This document shows, in pieces, positions 1-12,376 of a stretch of 64,000 nucleotides of DNA. This stretch comes from Azolla caroliniana (Eukaryota > Plantae > Polypodiophyta): contig JBHGNT010000003.1 of NCBI GenBank assembly GCA_043228905.1, positions 19,654,001 through 19,718,000 of the forward strand, read 5' to 3'. The position numbers and the translations under genes are program-made. How positions within the stretch are numbered: position 1 is the stretch's first letter; each line of letters starts with the position of its first letter. The notes beneath the pieces are model-generated. The model saw only the letters and a list, made by a program, of their open reading frames with translations, was not told the origin of the DNA and made no database searches.

Positions 1-348
1 GCAATCTAGTACATATGAAATTGAATCAAATCAATGAGAATATATACATACTAACAAGACAAGAACTTGTCCCCAATAATAAATAGCACAGTTACCAAGG
101 TTACTTCATTTGATCTAGGCAATGTTAGATTGTCTGTCACAAACAAGAGATTGTGTCTTTCGGGTATTTGCTGCTAAGCAAGATCAAAGTTATTTTACAT
201 GTATTTAAGGAATAGGCTTCTCTTTCCACATGACGTCTTGACAACATGTATGTGTAAATGTAAAATCAAAATGATTTATTAATAATCTCGTTATTCAAGG
301 CTTTCTTTCTATGCAATATGCTCACTAAGGTTGAACTTATTTACGCAG

Positions 349-1616
349 GTTGAGCATAATATAGCGCTTGTGTATGGTGGAGGTAGTTGTGGACTCATGG
401 GTATTATCTCCAAAGTTGTGCATGATGGTGGTTGTCATGTCATAGGGTATACAAGATTACAATTGACTTAACTACCCCACTTATAGTTACAAATTACAAT
501 TTATGGATACAAATATTTAATACTAGTTTACTTTAAGACGGTGGATTATAATTTTTACAACAGCCCCAAATTCCTTCCCATTCTCTTGCATCAAATAGGG
601 AGTTAATGACGGGAAAGAAGTTTCTAACCACGTTGACGACTCATATTTTGATTATACATCAATGAAATTTTCAAGCATATAAAATGTGTTTCATGAAAAA
701 CAATATGAAAATGATCATCACAATAAAGTAAAATATGTTGAAATTAAAAAGTTTCATGGATAAGATTGTTGTATGTTTGATGGATGGTAGTGATTGAACA
801 TAGAATACGAAAATAACATATTTTTCCTCATGCAGAGTCTTACCGAAGTCAATGATGTCGCATGAGGTGATATGAATAACTCACTACCAACTTTTAGAAT
901 TGTCTACTTTTTAATCATTTTCTTATAAGGGCAATGTGATCACCAGTATAGATCTCTGGGGAGACATTTGGGGAGCTTAGAGTGGTGGATGACATGCATG
1001 CACGTAAAACTCAAATGGCACAATTGGCTGATGCTTTCATCACCCTCCCAGGTAATGAAGATGTATCGATATGATTATCTTGATCTTGGAGTAAAACCAC
1101 ACGTCTGTGTGCATGCACGAAGGGTTTTAACACAATTCTTGTGAGTCTTCATGATTGTGAAGCACTTGTTGATAATGAATAATGATGCTTTGCCAACAGA
1201 GAATATAATGAGAAACTTTAGATGTGTTATGTTTTGTTCGAGTTAATTGCTTGATGTTCAAGCTTATGGAATCAAATGCTTGATCATAAAAACTTATGTT
1301 AGCTAACGTTTTTATAGGCGGGTTTGGCACACTTGAAGAATTATTGGAGATCATCACTTGCTCACAATTAGGGATACATAATAAGCCAGTAAGTAATGAA
1401 GAGAAAAACACTTGAAACCAAAACATTTACATTGTGTGATATTAAGTATGATGTAGTCAAATATGATTATAGGTGGGTCTACTCAATGTAAATGGCTACT
1501 ATGATTCTCTGCTTAGACTATTTGACAAGTTTGTCGAGGAAGGTTTCATCACATCAATGGCACGAGAGGCGGTTATCGATGCGACAACATCAAAAGAATT
1601 GATTGCTAAAATGGAG
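349..1616 (+). CDS. LOG: LONELY GUY family cytokinin riboside 5'-monophosphate phosphoribohydrolase, partial (first exon outside window; last exon uncertain, probably ~1709-1760)
   Basis: GT-AG exons 349-446 ([33 protein letters not shown]), 836-866 ([10 protein letters not shown]), 952-1051 ([34 protein letters not shown]), 1318-1388 ([23 protein letters not shown]) and 1473-1616 ([14 protein letters not shown]...KME) splice in frame. The PGGxGTxEE motif is intact. Confidence 0.93.
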
Positions 1617-2049
1617 GTATTTGCGAGAATCTTTAATGCCAAATACAATGCATCTTGATTACCATCAAACATATTATAATCTTTACACATTTTGCTTTTT
1701 CTATATAGATGTTTTGTTACAAGGAACTTTGATGCTCAAACTCAAACATCAAAGTAAGACGGCTTCACACAAAAAGAGAATCTACAATTCATCAATATTT
1801 AGATATTTGTTTTAGAGCTTCATTCATTTGCAAAGTGCGCAACTTTATCTATTGAATGTCCTAATGATTGATATCATTTGTTTATTGTGTTTTCTACGAT
1901 GTCTGTCTCCACATTTTATATCTAGTAATAATGAACGATGATAATTAGCTTCATAGAAATATTTTCTATTTTGCAATATCAATAAATATGTCTAAAACTT
2001 TGCATAAATTCTAGTCAGCTACTAGCTACTGCATAATCCTTATCTTAGT

Positions 2050-3910
2050 TAAACAACTACCAACTTCCCAATCAAAACATGTATAAACCAATACACTTCT
2101 TGATATGGGACGCATTTTCTTTCCATGGTTGAAAGCTTTTACCCAAGTTGGAAAGCTTTTACAAGTTTTATGTTTCCTCTTCATTAACCATGCATGACAT
2201 ATATGACATATACATCACCTTGATTTGATGGGGAGCCAATTACTTTTGCAATCCAAATCAAATGTTCCAATAGTGAACATCCAATATCACTTCACTATTT
2301 TAGATAAAAAGTTTATGTTATGGTCAATTGGTACATATATCTTTATGAAGGACATTGGACATGGTAGAATCCTAAGAATGACATACGAGTACAAGGACCT
2401 TGCACATGTTTCCTCATCCCAAATATTACAAGACTTTGCCAAATAGAACATGAAGTGGGGTCCAAGAGACCAAGTGCTTTAGAGGTATATTGGTGTAAAC
2501 AAGCTACTAGTACTAACGCACACTTCGACCATCACTAGATGTTTTCTGCATTAGGGTTAGAAACCTACTATATCAAAGGAACCTTTCTTCATTTCATGGC
2601 ATTGAGTTGTAATTTGTATTTGATCACGTTGGAGATATAAGCATAGAGAATCTCATTATATCATTTCTCATGACATTTTTTATATGCATGTATAGTACAT
2701 ATATATATATTAATTATACATGCACATGATGCTAGGGAGAACACTACCAACCCACATCAAAATAGCAAAAAGCCTATTCACATAAAAATTCTGAAAAAAT
2801 GAGTAAATGAACTTGCATGTACCCGTCATCATATCTCATTGTGCTTCAATGGAAAACAATGTTTTGTTGTAGTATTTTCGTTTGGAAAGAGTTTGAAAAT
2901 CTCTAAAAACTCTATGTATATCAACGAACATTATACATGCTCCTACTTCTTGAGACCATATCACTTTTCACTATCCCACTCATATCATGGTAGTGCAAAG
3001 GATTATTGAGCAGATGCTTAAGGCTCAAAAACAATCCTCACTCTATCATCTTGGGATCACACTACGGAGAAAATAAAAGAGATTCAACGAACACATTAAA
3101 ACAAAATTTTGGGCTCTAGAGGAATGCAAGGTATGAAAAAATGGTTTGCAAAGTGGGATACGTCACATTTGTTTCATGATCATGAATAGATGCATTCCTT
3201 TGTGAACAAGGCCTTTTTGCAACACCAATGTATCATAGCTTGGGAAAGATATGGAGACTTCCACTTCATACATTATATAACATATGCTACAATGAGCTAT
3301 AAAACCATCTTCTTTTCATGGAAAAACCAAACTCATTGTTACATGTTACAATTCACCCAGTTGTCCATCAATTGCTCAATTGATCCCATATAACTTAGCT
3401 CACATTCTCTTAGGTGTGAGATAGAGGCCGTTGTGGCATAGGTGAGGAAACTCGTCGCCTATGCATATTTTTTGCCTAAACAAGTTCAAGAATCAAACAC
3501 ATATAATCAATCTGATCCACTCCCTACACACATTCCTCTCACAATCACAACATGGACTCTCTATTGCAAAGTTTATTTAGTAATGCTTGAGAATCAAGAG
3601 TCACTAAATTCCACTCATAAAGTGGAAAAGGTTTTACTTGGTCCTATATGTCATATTGACCTTTGAGGACAATAATAAAATCCATCAATATGTTTGTCTT
3701 TCTACATGACACCACCCTCCACAATGCATTCATCATCACAATTTTGTTGTTATCATGTGATCCCACTATCACTTTTGTGATTCTAGGTGTTTACTTCATT
3801 GCAACACTCCCATTCTCATCTCATGCTTGTGCCAACATTCTTGGTTCAGGTCATGTCTCACATTAGTGGTCACTTCTTGTTGTCATCCCTAACTCTATGA
3901 GGGAGTTTGA
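2050..3910 (+). mobile_element. Highly degenerate Ty3/gypsy pol remnant (RNase H/integrase region)
   Basis: Fragmentary frames resemble the RNase H region and the integrase C-terminus (LLGP...HNAF near 3630-3735). Many stops and frameshifts; boundaries approximate. Confidence 0.45.
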
Positions 3911-4071
3911 AAGACTCCTCCAACTATGGTGGAATCAACCATATAAAGATTCAACACGGAATTGATCTCATTAAAATTGAAATACATCCTAGATTTCACG
4001 ATTTATTGATAGAAGAATGTAATATAAAGATTGATAAGTTGAAACATGATGTAGTACTATGCTAGGTATTT

Positions 4072-4247
4072 GTATTCACAAACCCGTCTCTAGTTCCTTG
4101 TTGTGTGGAAAAAAAAACATCTCTAGTGCCTATCATTCCTACTTCTATAGCTATCGGGTTACCCTTGTACCCAATTTGGGAAGCAACTTTTGTTGATGAA
4201 TGACTATACAACAATGGTCCCTACAAACTCATTGTGTTCTATTTCTA
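4072..4247 (+). pseudogene. psbA: Nuclear plastid DNA (NUPT) fragment of psbA (PSII D1)
   Basis: Reads IHKPVSSSLLCG...ISSA/[34 protein letters not shown], compared with D1 [54 protein letters not shown]. Contains a frameshift and a TGG>TGA stop. Confidence 0.9.
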
Positions 4248-4468
4248 GGAAAATTTGTGGCCCTCATAGTCTTCCTACCATGTAGCCTAGACATAGCCAC
4301 AACCTTATTGACCATCCTTCTTTCATATCTTGAACATATCATTCAACATCCCTTGGCATAAGTACCCTATTGACCATTACCATTTGGTAAAATGAGTTGA
4401 CTTGGCATGATCCTAATGAAGGTACTATTTGTTTGTTTCTCTAGAAATGCTATCATTTGTATACACTA

Positions 4469-4750
4469 CATGACACATTACATATTGTCATTGTCCTTGC
4501 ACAAGTCTCTCATGAGACGTTAGATATTGTCATTGTCCTTGCACGAGTCTCTCATGAGACATTAGATATTGTCATTGTCCTTGCACAAGTCTCTCATGAG
4601 ACATTAGATATTGTCATTGTCATTAAACAAGTCTCTCATGAGACATTAGATATTGTCATTGTCATTAAACAAGTCTCTCATGAGACATTAGATACTGTTA
4701 TTGTCCTTACACAAGTCTCTCATGACACATTAGATATTGTCATTGTCATT
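4469..4750. repeat. 42-bp tandem repeat, ~6.7 copies
   Basis: Unit catgagacattagatattgtcattgtccttgcacaagtctct starts at 4469, 4511, 4553, 4595, 4637, 4679 and 4721. Confidence 0.95.
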
Positions 4751-5706
4751 GAGGTAAATCTCTCTCTAGATGGAAGGCTTATAATTAGTAAATGTGTATG
4801 GATGAGAAAATTGTCCTCTAAACCCTAAGATGTTTTAAGAAGAGTTCTTAACCCCAAAATTTACCATACATATGTATATGGCATGGGACTTGTATATACC
4901 ATGGCTAACCAATTGTTGAATTGTTTCACCTTACGATATCACAAAGTTGTTCCAAAGCTAGAATGCCTTGATGACTACTAGAAGCTACATTGGTGTAACC
5001 CGTAATCTGTCCCAACAATCTGTTGGGATGTCTGCAATGCATATCAAGATTACAAGCAATGCTTGCCTTTGCATGTAACATCCCTCAATCTCGCTAAAAT
5101 ACTGTCAAATCTATACAGAATATACTGTCACAAAGAAGATGAATGTAAACTATAAAAAGTTATTAGAAGGTTGTAATTATAATGTTTACAAGACTTCAAG
5201 CATCTGCAGAAATTATTGCATTAGATGATCAACAAACAGACCTCCAGAGCTTTACCTCACACGAGCCTCACAAAAGATGCCAAATACAGAAAAGATGAAA
5301 GGGTCATTATCATTCCTCACGTCCACACAAGGTTGATAGCATTCCTCATGTCGATACAATGTATGTAAATCTTTAAATTTACAAAAAATTTAGGGATACA
5401 TCCATGAGTACACTGCTACTAAACCACAGTCAAATGTGCATGCTACAAGGAATTTTTCTGGGAAAGAGTGGAGAACTTTTGCAAACCCTTCTGGATGGAA
5501 TTGTAAACAATCCCATGTGTATGTCGCATACATAATTTTTTGACTCAAAATGCTTCCATTTTCTGACTTACGCTGGCACAAAATAGGGAAAGTTCTTCAC
5601 ACTTCTTCTTGAGCCACTGCAACTATTTTCTTCTCTCAGCTTTGGTCCGAAACAGGCAACACTCCAAGGTATGCAATTAAAAAAGGATTGATAAACTCAC
5701 ATCATT

Positions 5707-7987
5707 TCACCACCCAGAGAAATCCTTGAAATGGACACCTGATGATCCCGATGATGTCTTTGGTTTCTTTTTAACCACCCTCTCTTCTTCTTGTGAGTCT
5801 TTGATGCCCGACTCCAATACTTTTGATGCTCGAAGATACTTTCCCACTCCATCACCGCTTGCAACCAAGCCAGAATCCAACACAGGATTACTATACCAAG
5901 TACCCACCTTCTCCTAAAGTATATAGTAATAAGCAAGATGCATCAACTTAATTGATTATAAATACAAGCTCAAAATAACATCATAGGTAATTAATAATAA
6001 AACAATCCTAAATCATCACCATTTATATACCATGTGCCTATCCAGCATCATAATAACTAAGTACATAAAATTATTAATAAACTAGCATATAGCACCACAT
6101 ACAATTATACCTAATAGAACATTCCCAAATATAAAGAGCAATATTTATAAATAAATATATATAACATTCTGAATTGAGAATTCTCCATAAATTTTTAATC
6201 AAGCTACTTACACTATCTTCATCTGGCGGCAGATCCACTGTTTTCTCTTCTTCTTCATCTGGCTCCGTATAAGGATTTACGAAGATCGATACTCGAAGAA
6301 TTTTTATTTCTTGCTACAACAGAACAAACTATTTGTTTTAGTAGCTATGTGTGTGTGTGTGCACATGAATACATAAAGTGTGAATCAAGCAATTTTCATT
6401 GAAAAACAAATACTAGTAGAAGTGAAAGTACATGGAATCTCATCGACAAGAGCTGCAATTTCAAGAAAAAGTTTATAGAAAAACATTAGGAAGTGAAATG
6501 TTCACAGGGAACAAATGACACATCACGCATGCCAAAAAGAAATGCAATTTGATCATCACACAAACAATTACTAAATAAGAAGTGCAACATCATATAAGAA
6601 GATAATTTATTGTCTTACCAATGGACGGTCATCGTCATCAACAGGAACTTTGTCCATAACTGAGAGGACATCAATCCCCCCTACAACTCGGCCAAACACA
6701 GTGTGCTTGTAGTTCAAATGAGGAGCTGACTTGTAGAGGATGAAGAATTGGGAGCCATTGGAGTGTGGTCCACTATTTGCCATGCTAACTACACCCCTTC
6801 CTGTATGCAAAAGCTTGGAATTGAACTCATCTTTGAAGGGCTTCCCCCATATCGATTCTCCCCCTTTCCCTGTCCCTGTGGGATCACCACCTTGAATCAT
6901 GAAGTTCCTGTGAAGCCAAGAAGATAAAAACAAGATTATATGTCATTTCGAGTAAAAGATCATACATATCCTTTGATGTTTTCTAAGAAATATCATATTT
7001 TATTCAAGTAAGATCATAATATTTGTTTTGAGTAATATTCTACATTGTCGTCAGAGTGGGAAAGATGCTATTGATTAAATACCCTATATCATTGATTATG
7101 TAGCATCTTGAGTATGCTTACCCATATCAACTTATGTATAACTATGTGTCATCTCAAGCTAAATCATGAAGGCCATATCATTTTCTGTAACACCAGATAT
7201 CATTTTGAATTAGATAACATCTTCACTTTAAATTTATATCTTGATACACATGTTTAAAAATTTCCCTTTCCCAATGATGTTTTTTGTATATGTGCGCATA
7301 TAATGACATATATAAATAATTGGGGGTTCAGGGCCTAGTTTGAATTCCTCCGTTTTGAAAATTTCCCTCATGAATTGAAGCTGCCTTCTTCTATTTTCTA
7401 GTATGTAGGAAAGCCTTTTTGGCGTCCTTTGCTATGTAGAAAATGTATTAAAAGAAAATAAAAAATAGCGCGTATTGAACTTAAAGAGTGACATTTTATA
7501 GCATAAATGCTAGTTCCAGTGGTTTCTAAATATCAAGGAGGACCAAATCATGTGTAGTAAAATAGAATGTTATCTTCATGTCTTCTAGTTAAAGACAAGT
7601 TTTGGCCAATACCTTATATTTCTATGGAAAATGATACCATCATAGTAGCCCCGTTCGCAAAGGGTTAAGAAATTTTCACACGTTCGTGGCGTGATGTCAC
7701 AATGAAGCTCCAGATTCAGGTCTCCATGGGTGGTGTGAAACCGGACATAACCCTTCTTTTTTGGATTCTTCTCCACTTGTACATACTCGCACTCATTCGT
7801 GGTGACTGGAGTAAAGGTTGTTGAAGTAAATGATCTTGAAGCTTTCCCCGATGTATACTGACTTTTAACCTACAAGAAAGAAAAGGTAACATGATGACAA
7901 AGATAACCAAGGCTATATCCAAAAAACATGTATATATGCATCTACACCCAAAAACATATGTTTACATCCACCCACCCACACACACTA

Positions 7988-8028
<41 letters not shown>

Positions 8029-11000
8029 AAATATATACTCCAATCCAGAAAACACACACATACACACACACACACACATGCACGTACATTATGCCCCAAA
8101 CTCATTTATGACAAACCATTTTTGCATTGACGGGCTTCAATTCTCCAGCATAATGGGCAGCTACACGAGCTGCAGTTTTCTCCTGGGGAGCTGCTTTGGC
8201 AGAGGCAGCACTTCTTCCATATACAGATGCTGAAGCTGCATCAACTATGCTAAGTGCTAAAGACTCGGTATTATCTTTACCCTTTGATTGTTCAGCTAAT
8301 CTTTCTCTTGCTTTATCTAGAACCATTAAAGCTGCTCCCCTCTCACGTTGTGCTTTTCCACCACCACCTCCAAGCTTGGAAATTTCTTTTGCTTTCTCAG
8401 TACCAAGATCTCTCAGCATGGCTTTGGTATCTCCAGAGAGGTTGATGTTGTAAGCAGGATCTTCCTTTAGCCTCTTCAATTCTGCATTAAAACATGCTGT
8501 GACATGAGCACTCTAACCTTCTCTTAAGCATATGATTTCATTTAATTATATGATTTGAAGATCTTTTTCCTTTTTCTTGTCTAAACTGAATTGCAATAAG
8601 GTCAGACCCTTTTTACTGTACTGAGAATTGCAATATGGTCCAATTTTAATCATGATTCCAAATACTCTTGGGTATTGTATCATTTTTTTCATATCTTTGT
8701 AAACTGAGTTAAATGAAATATATGATCAAACCTTCATCATCAACTTTCAAATCTTGCTTCACGTGATCAAACTCTGTTAATGCTTTTGCACTCGCAGCAT
8801 TGGGATCCTAAAATGAATTAGCTCAAATGATTAAGGTTCAGTAGATAGGAATCATGAATCAAACCAAAGAAGACCCAATTCACCTCATTTGACATATGAC
8901 AGTGAGTTATTACTGATCCTCCAAAAACCAAACCTGAATAGTTATGATATCATTTTTGGTAAATGGCTCATCAGTCAACAAATCCTTCCAATTCTTAGGC
9001 TTCAAATTCAGCTCTTTGATTGCCTGCAAGAAATGAAAGATATGAAATGATCTTTCAACAAATTGGTTTAAAAAAAAATGAAGGGATTCCAACGAACATT
9101 CTGTTATCAAATGTTATTCACTCTATTTATGAAACTGGTTCTTATGAGATGTATTGTCCTTAGGAAAAAGCCATTTTTTGCATTTTCACATACCTCATAA
9201 CAGAAGACATTTCCTGTTGTCTTTACAGCCACTATATGAGTATATTCTGTGAAAACTTTATGCAAAACTGGGCATTGAAACTCACCTGTAATGTTTGAAG
9301 TAAATTGTAAGACCAAACTATGGACAGGCAAATGAAATAATCAAAATTAAAAGTTCTTAGAAATAAAAAGCAAAATACTTTTTTGTTACAAATATTCAAC
9401 ATGTGGAAATCTAGACTAGATACAAATCCCTTCTTAATGAACCCAGACAAGAGGCTAAAACTTATCTCTTAAGTACGACTTTAAAACTAATAAAACATTA
9501 ACATGATTGCTCTTAATTTTAGGATACTCAGTAATTTCTCAGCACTTTGCAATACAGGTACTATAAAGGGAGCCAATTACAGTTAAAGTTTTCATATTCA
9601 GTAGCCATTTAAAATTTTAGGTTCTCCCTCAACAACAAAGATGTATGAAAAAACAAAATGTGAAGTAACTGAGGAGAGTAAAGATTTGACGAGGACAGAT
9701 AAGTCTTATGGCATTAACCATAATAGTGTGGGCACAACGCCAGCATATCATACCAGTTCAAAAGAATCTTCAAATGCAGAAAATCATCATCATTACAAAA
9801 TAAAACAAACATCTCATCTAGAATCCATCTGCAAAGGAGAACATTGGCAAATATCCAAAATCAAATCAAACTAAACATGGACAAGGACATGAATGAATTT
9901 GACTGGACAAAATCAAGAGATTATTTTGGATATAAAAAAAATATTAGTTTATCAACGGTGCTGAAGGATTATCCAAATAGTCATCTCTAAGGTGGTGAAA
10001 ACAGTTACAGCTAGAAAAAGAAAATACCTTCTGAATTTTTATAAAACTGTAGCTTGATCAAGTCCTTTACAGAAAGAGGTGCTCCAGATACGGGATTCTT
10101 TCCAAATTTTCGAATGTACGGTACAATATTCCTGAAGGAAAAACAAAAACCTCTTAAACTGAAATTTCATTTACAAAGGCTCAAATATAAAAAGAAGTAG
10201 CAGAGGTTAGTAGGATGGATTTCTAATATTCTATAGCTCAGGTAGTGATAGTTCATTAAATAAGTATAAAATACAGTAAATTAAGAAATTGTTCTTCTCA
10301 TGCATGCTAATATAATAACAAGCTACGCCACATATGTTTTGCAGTAATTTTAACAACTTCTATTCAGCAATGCCGACAACTAACTCTGGGGAAATTAAAC
10401 AAGGTAACTATTTTCACAATGATTGCTCTACCAAAAGGATAACTATGTTTCCTTGGTAACTGTCAAAACTAATGGAAATCCACCATTCACCATCACTATG
10501 TACAGAAAAACATTAAACTATTTGAAAACTGCTATTACAAAAATAGTGGCTGGATATTAGGTGTGTGTTTGTTGATGTTTTTTTCAGTGTTTCTTTTCTT
10601 CCTTTATTTCCCAGCTGCTCTTAAGTTTTCATTATTTCACCATATTGGCCTTGGTCAACCGCTCTGAAGCAATTATATGTGCTCTTTGAACAGTGATAAA
10701 ATACTGTCTTCTTCAAACAAGAAGAAAGCAATAATATTCCCTTCAGAAAGAAAGTGAACTTACAAGATATCAAATACATGGCCTTCAGCTGTACATACAG
10801 GATCTTCGAACGGCGTGAAGGTAACCCTGCACAGGCAAGGCAGAGAAAGAGAGAGAGAGAGAGAAAAACAAGAAACAGAAGAGTTTCAGCTATGTAACAA
10901 ATCTGCATCATTCAACTGCACAAAACCTTCAATCTGTTTGCTCGAAACAACACAAACTGGTATGTATCAAAACCAATTTGACGAACACTGAAAGCAACCA

Positions 11001-11272
11001 AAACGTTTACAGAATCTAGGCAATCAAACGCAACACAGCTGCAAAGAAACCATGCCACTTGAAGACGGTCACCAAGATGCGTGTGTGCAGTGAGTGCGCG
11101 CGTGTGTGTGTGATAGAGAGAGAGAGAGAGAGGATAGGACTTACGCGCAGCAGTAGAAAGGAAGGCGTTTGAAAGGGGTTCGGAGGTCTCTGTTCTTGGC
11201 ACCGCCCCACTCCACGGCCCACTCAGTGCTGGTGATGAACATCCGATCCTTGCTGTGCTGCTTCTTCCCCAT
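5707..11272 (-). CDS. CYP65: U-box plus cyclophilin peptidyl-prolyl isomerase CYP65/PUB49 (PPIL2 ortholog), 11 exons, 590 aa
   Basis: Exons 11145-11272 ([26 protein letters not shown]...), 10764-10826, 10028-10131, 9194-9285, 8934-9023, 8732-8807, 8117-8481, 7613-7869, 6619-6907, 6212-6313 and 5707-5913 (...FKDFSGW*). All are GT-AG with consistent phases and total 1773 nt. Cyclophilin motifs [31 protein letters not shown] and HTVFGRV are present. Confidence 0.96.
7989..8080. repeat. (TG)n and (CA)n microsatellites in CYP65 intron 7
   Basis: TG run ~7991-8027 followed by CA run ~8052-8078. Confidence 0.9.
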
Positions 11273-11504
11273 GGCGCTCTGTATTCACTGCCTCTGCTCT
11301 CTTCCTCTCTGCCTTTCTTCCTCTCTGCTCTCTGCTCTCTGCTCACTCTGTTTTTGTTCTTTCTCTTCTTCTCTGTTTTGATGGCTTGTTTTTTCTCTCT
11401 TCTTCTCTCACTTTCTATGTTATTCTGGTTTCTTCTCTTCTTCTCAGTTTCTATGTTAATCTGGTATTTTCTCCTCTTCTCACTTTCTATGTTTTCTATA
11501 TGCC

Positions 11505-11775
11505 GTGAATGAAGTGAACAATTGTCAGCGAGAATGCCGGTGGTTGTTGCAGTGAATCAATTCAGGGCGAGCGATTATGCCAGTGAATGATTGTCAGCGA
11601 GAATGCTAGTGGTTGAAGTGAATCAAATCAGGGTGAGTGATTATGCCAGTGAATGAAGTGAATAATTGTCAACGAGAATGCCGATGACTGAAGTGAATAA
11701 ATTCAATGTGAGTGATTATGCCGATGACTGAAGTGAATAAATTCAATGTGAGTGATTATGCCAATGAATGAATTC
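11505..11775. repeat. Compound tandem repeat (~70-bp and 40-bp units) upstream of CYP65
   Basis: Repeated modules gtgaat...attgtcagcgagaatgcc...gtgagtgattatgcc; near-exact 40-bp duplication around 11681-11762. Confidence 0.85.
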
Positions 11776-12080
11776 ACTGTGAAAATGGTGGTTAGTATGA
11801 TCATTGTAGCGCAATCATTACAGTAGTTGGGCACCTGCTTATTAATGAGTCAGGCTCCTACCTGGCATATGAGTCGGGTTCCTAAACCCTTCTTGATGTT
11901 GGCCATTCCCATTCTAGTAATAAGATTTAATATTACAAAATAAACGGTATACCAAATCAACCATAACCAAAACAAAACACAAAGGTTGGGTTTATTGGCT
12001 GCAATATACATGATCTCAAAGTTCCAATGTACCAAAAAAGATTTACAATCTTGTTACAAAAAAGGTTCATTGGTTCCACA

Positions 12081-12376
12081 GGATCATACCAACAAGATTT
12101 TCAATTTTGTTTCACCAAAGATACTTTAACAAGATACAAGTGGGAATACCATCTTTAGTCAGTAATACACAGGACGTATAGATTTAATATTACAAAATCT
12201 ACCATTTACAAATATGAAGGATCATACCAACAAGATTTATAGCCTTGTTACAAAAAAGATACTTTAACAAGATACAAGTGGGAATACCATGTGTAGTCGG
12301 TAATACACAGGACGTATAGATGTAATATTATAAAATCAACCATTTACAAATATGAAGGATCATACCAACAAGATTC
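12081..12376. repeat. 138-bp tandem duplication (2+ copies)
   Basis: ggatcataccaacaagatt recurs at 12081, 12219 and 12357. Confidence 0.88.

Noticed and set aside
139-180. KRLCLSG-like stretch as LOG exon 1 (KRICVFCGS)
   Set aside because: It needs several indels and shows no continuing similarity or suitable donor; exon 1 is more likely upstream of the window.
4469-4750. Regular repeats as a CRISPR array (also 43245-43790 and 52397-52790)
   Set aside because: These are head-to-tail units with no unique spacers, no cas genes, and a eukaryotic context.
6700-6730. His instead of the cyclosporin-binding Trp in the cyclophilin domain
   Set aside because: Non-Trp residues at this site are normal for PPIL2/CYP65-type cyclophilins.
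10621-11512. ORF-track ORFs around CYP65 exons 1-2
   Set aside because: They are alternate-frame or antisense products of CT/GA microsatellites and GC-rich exons.
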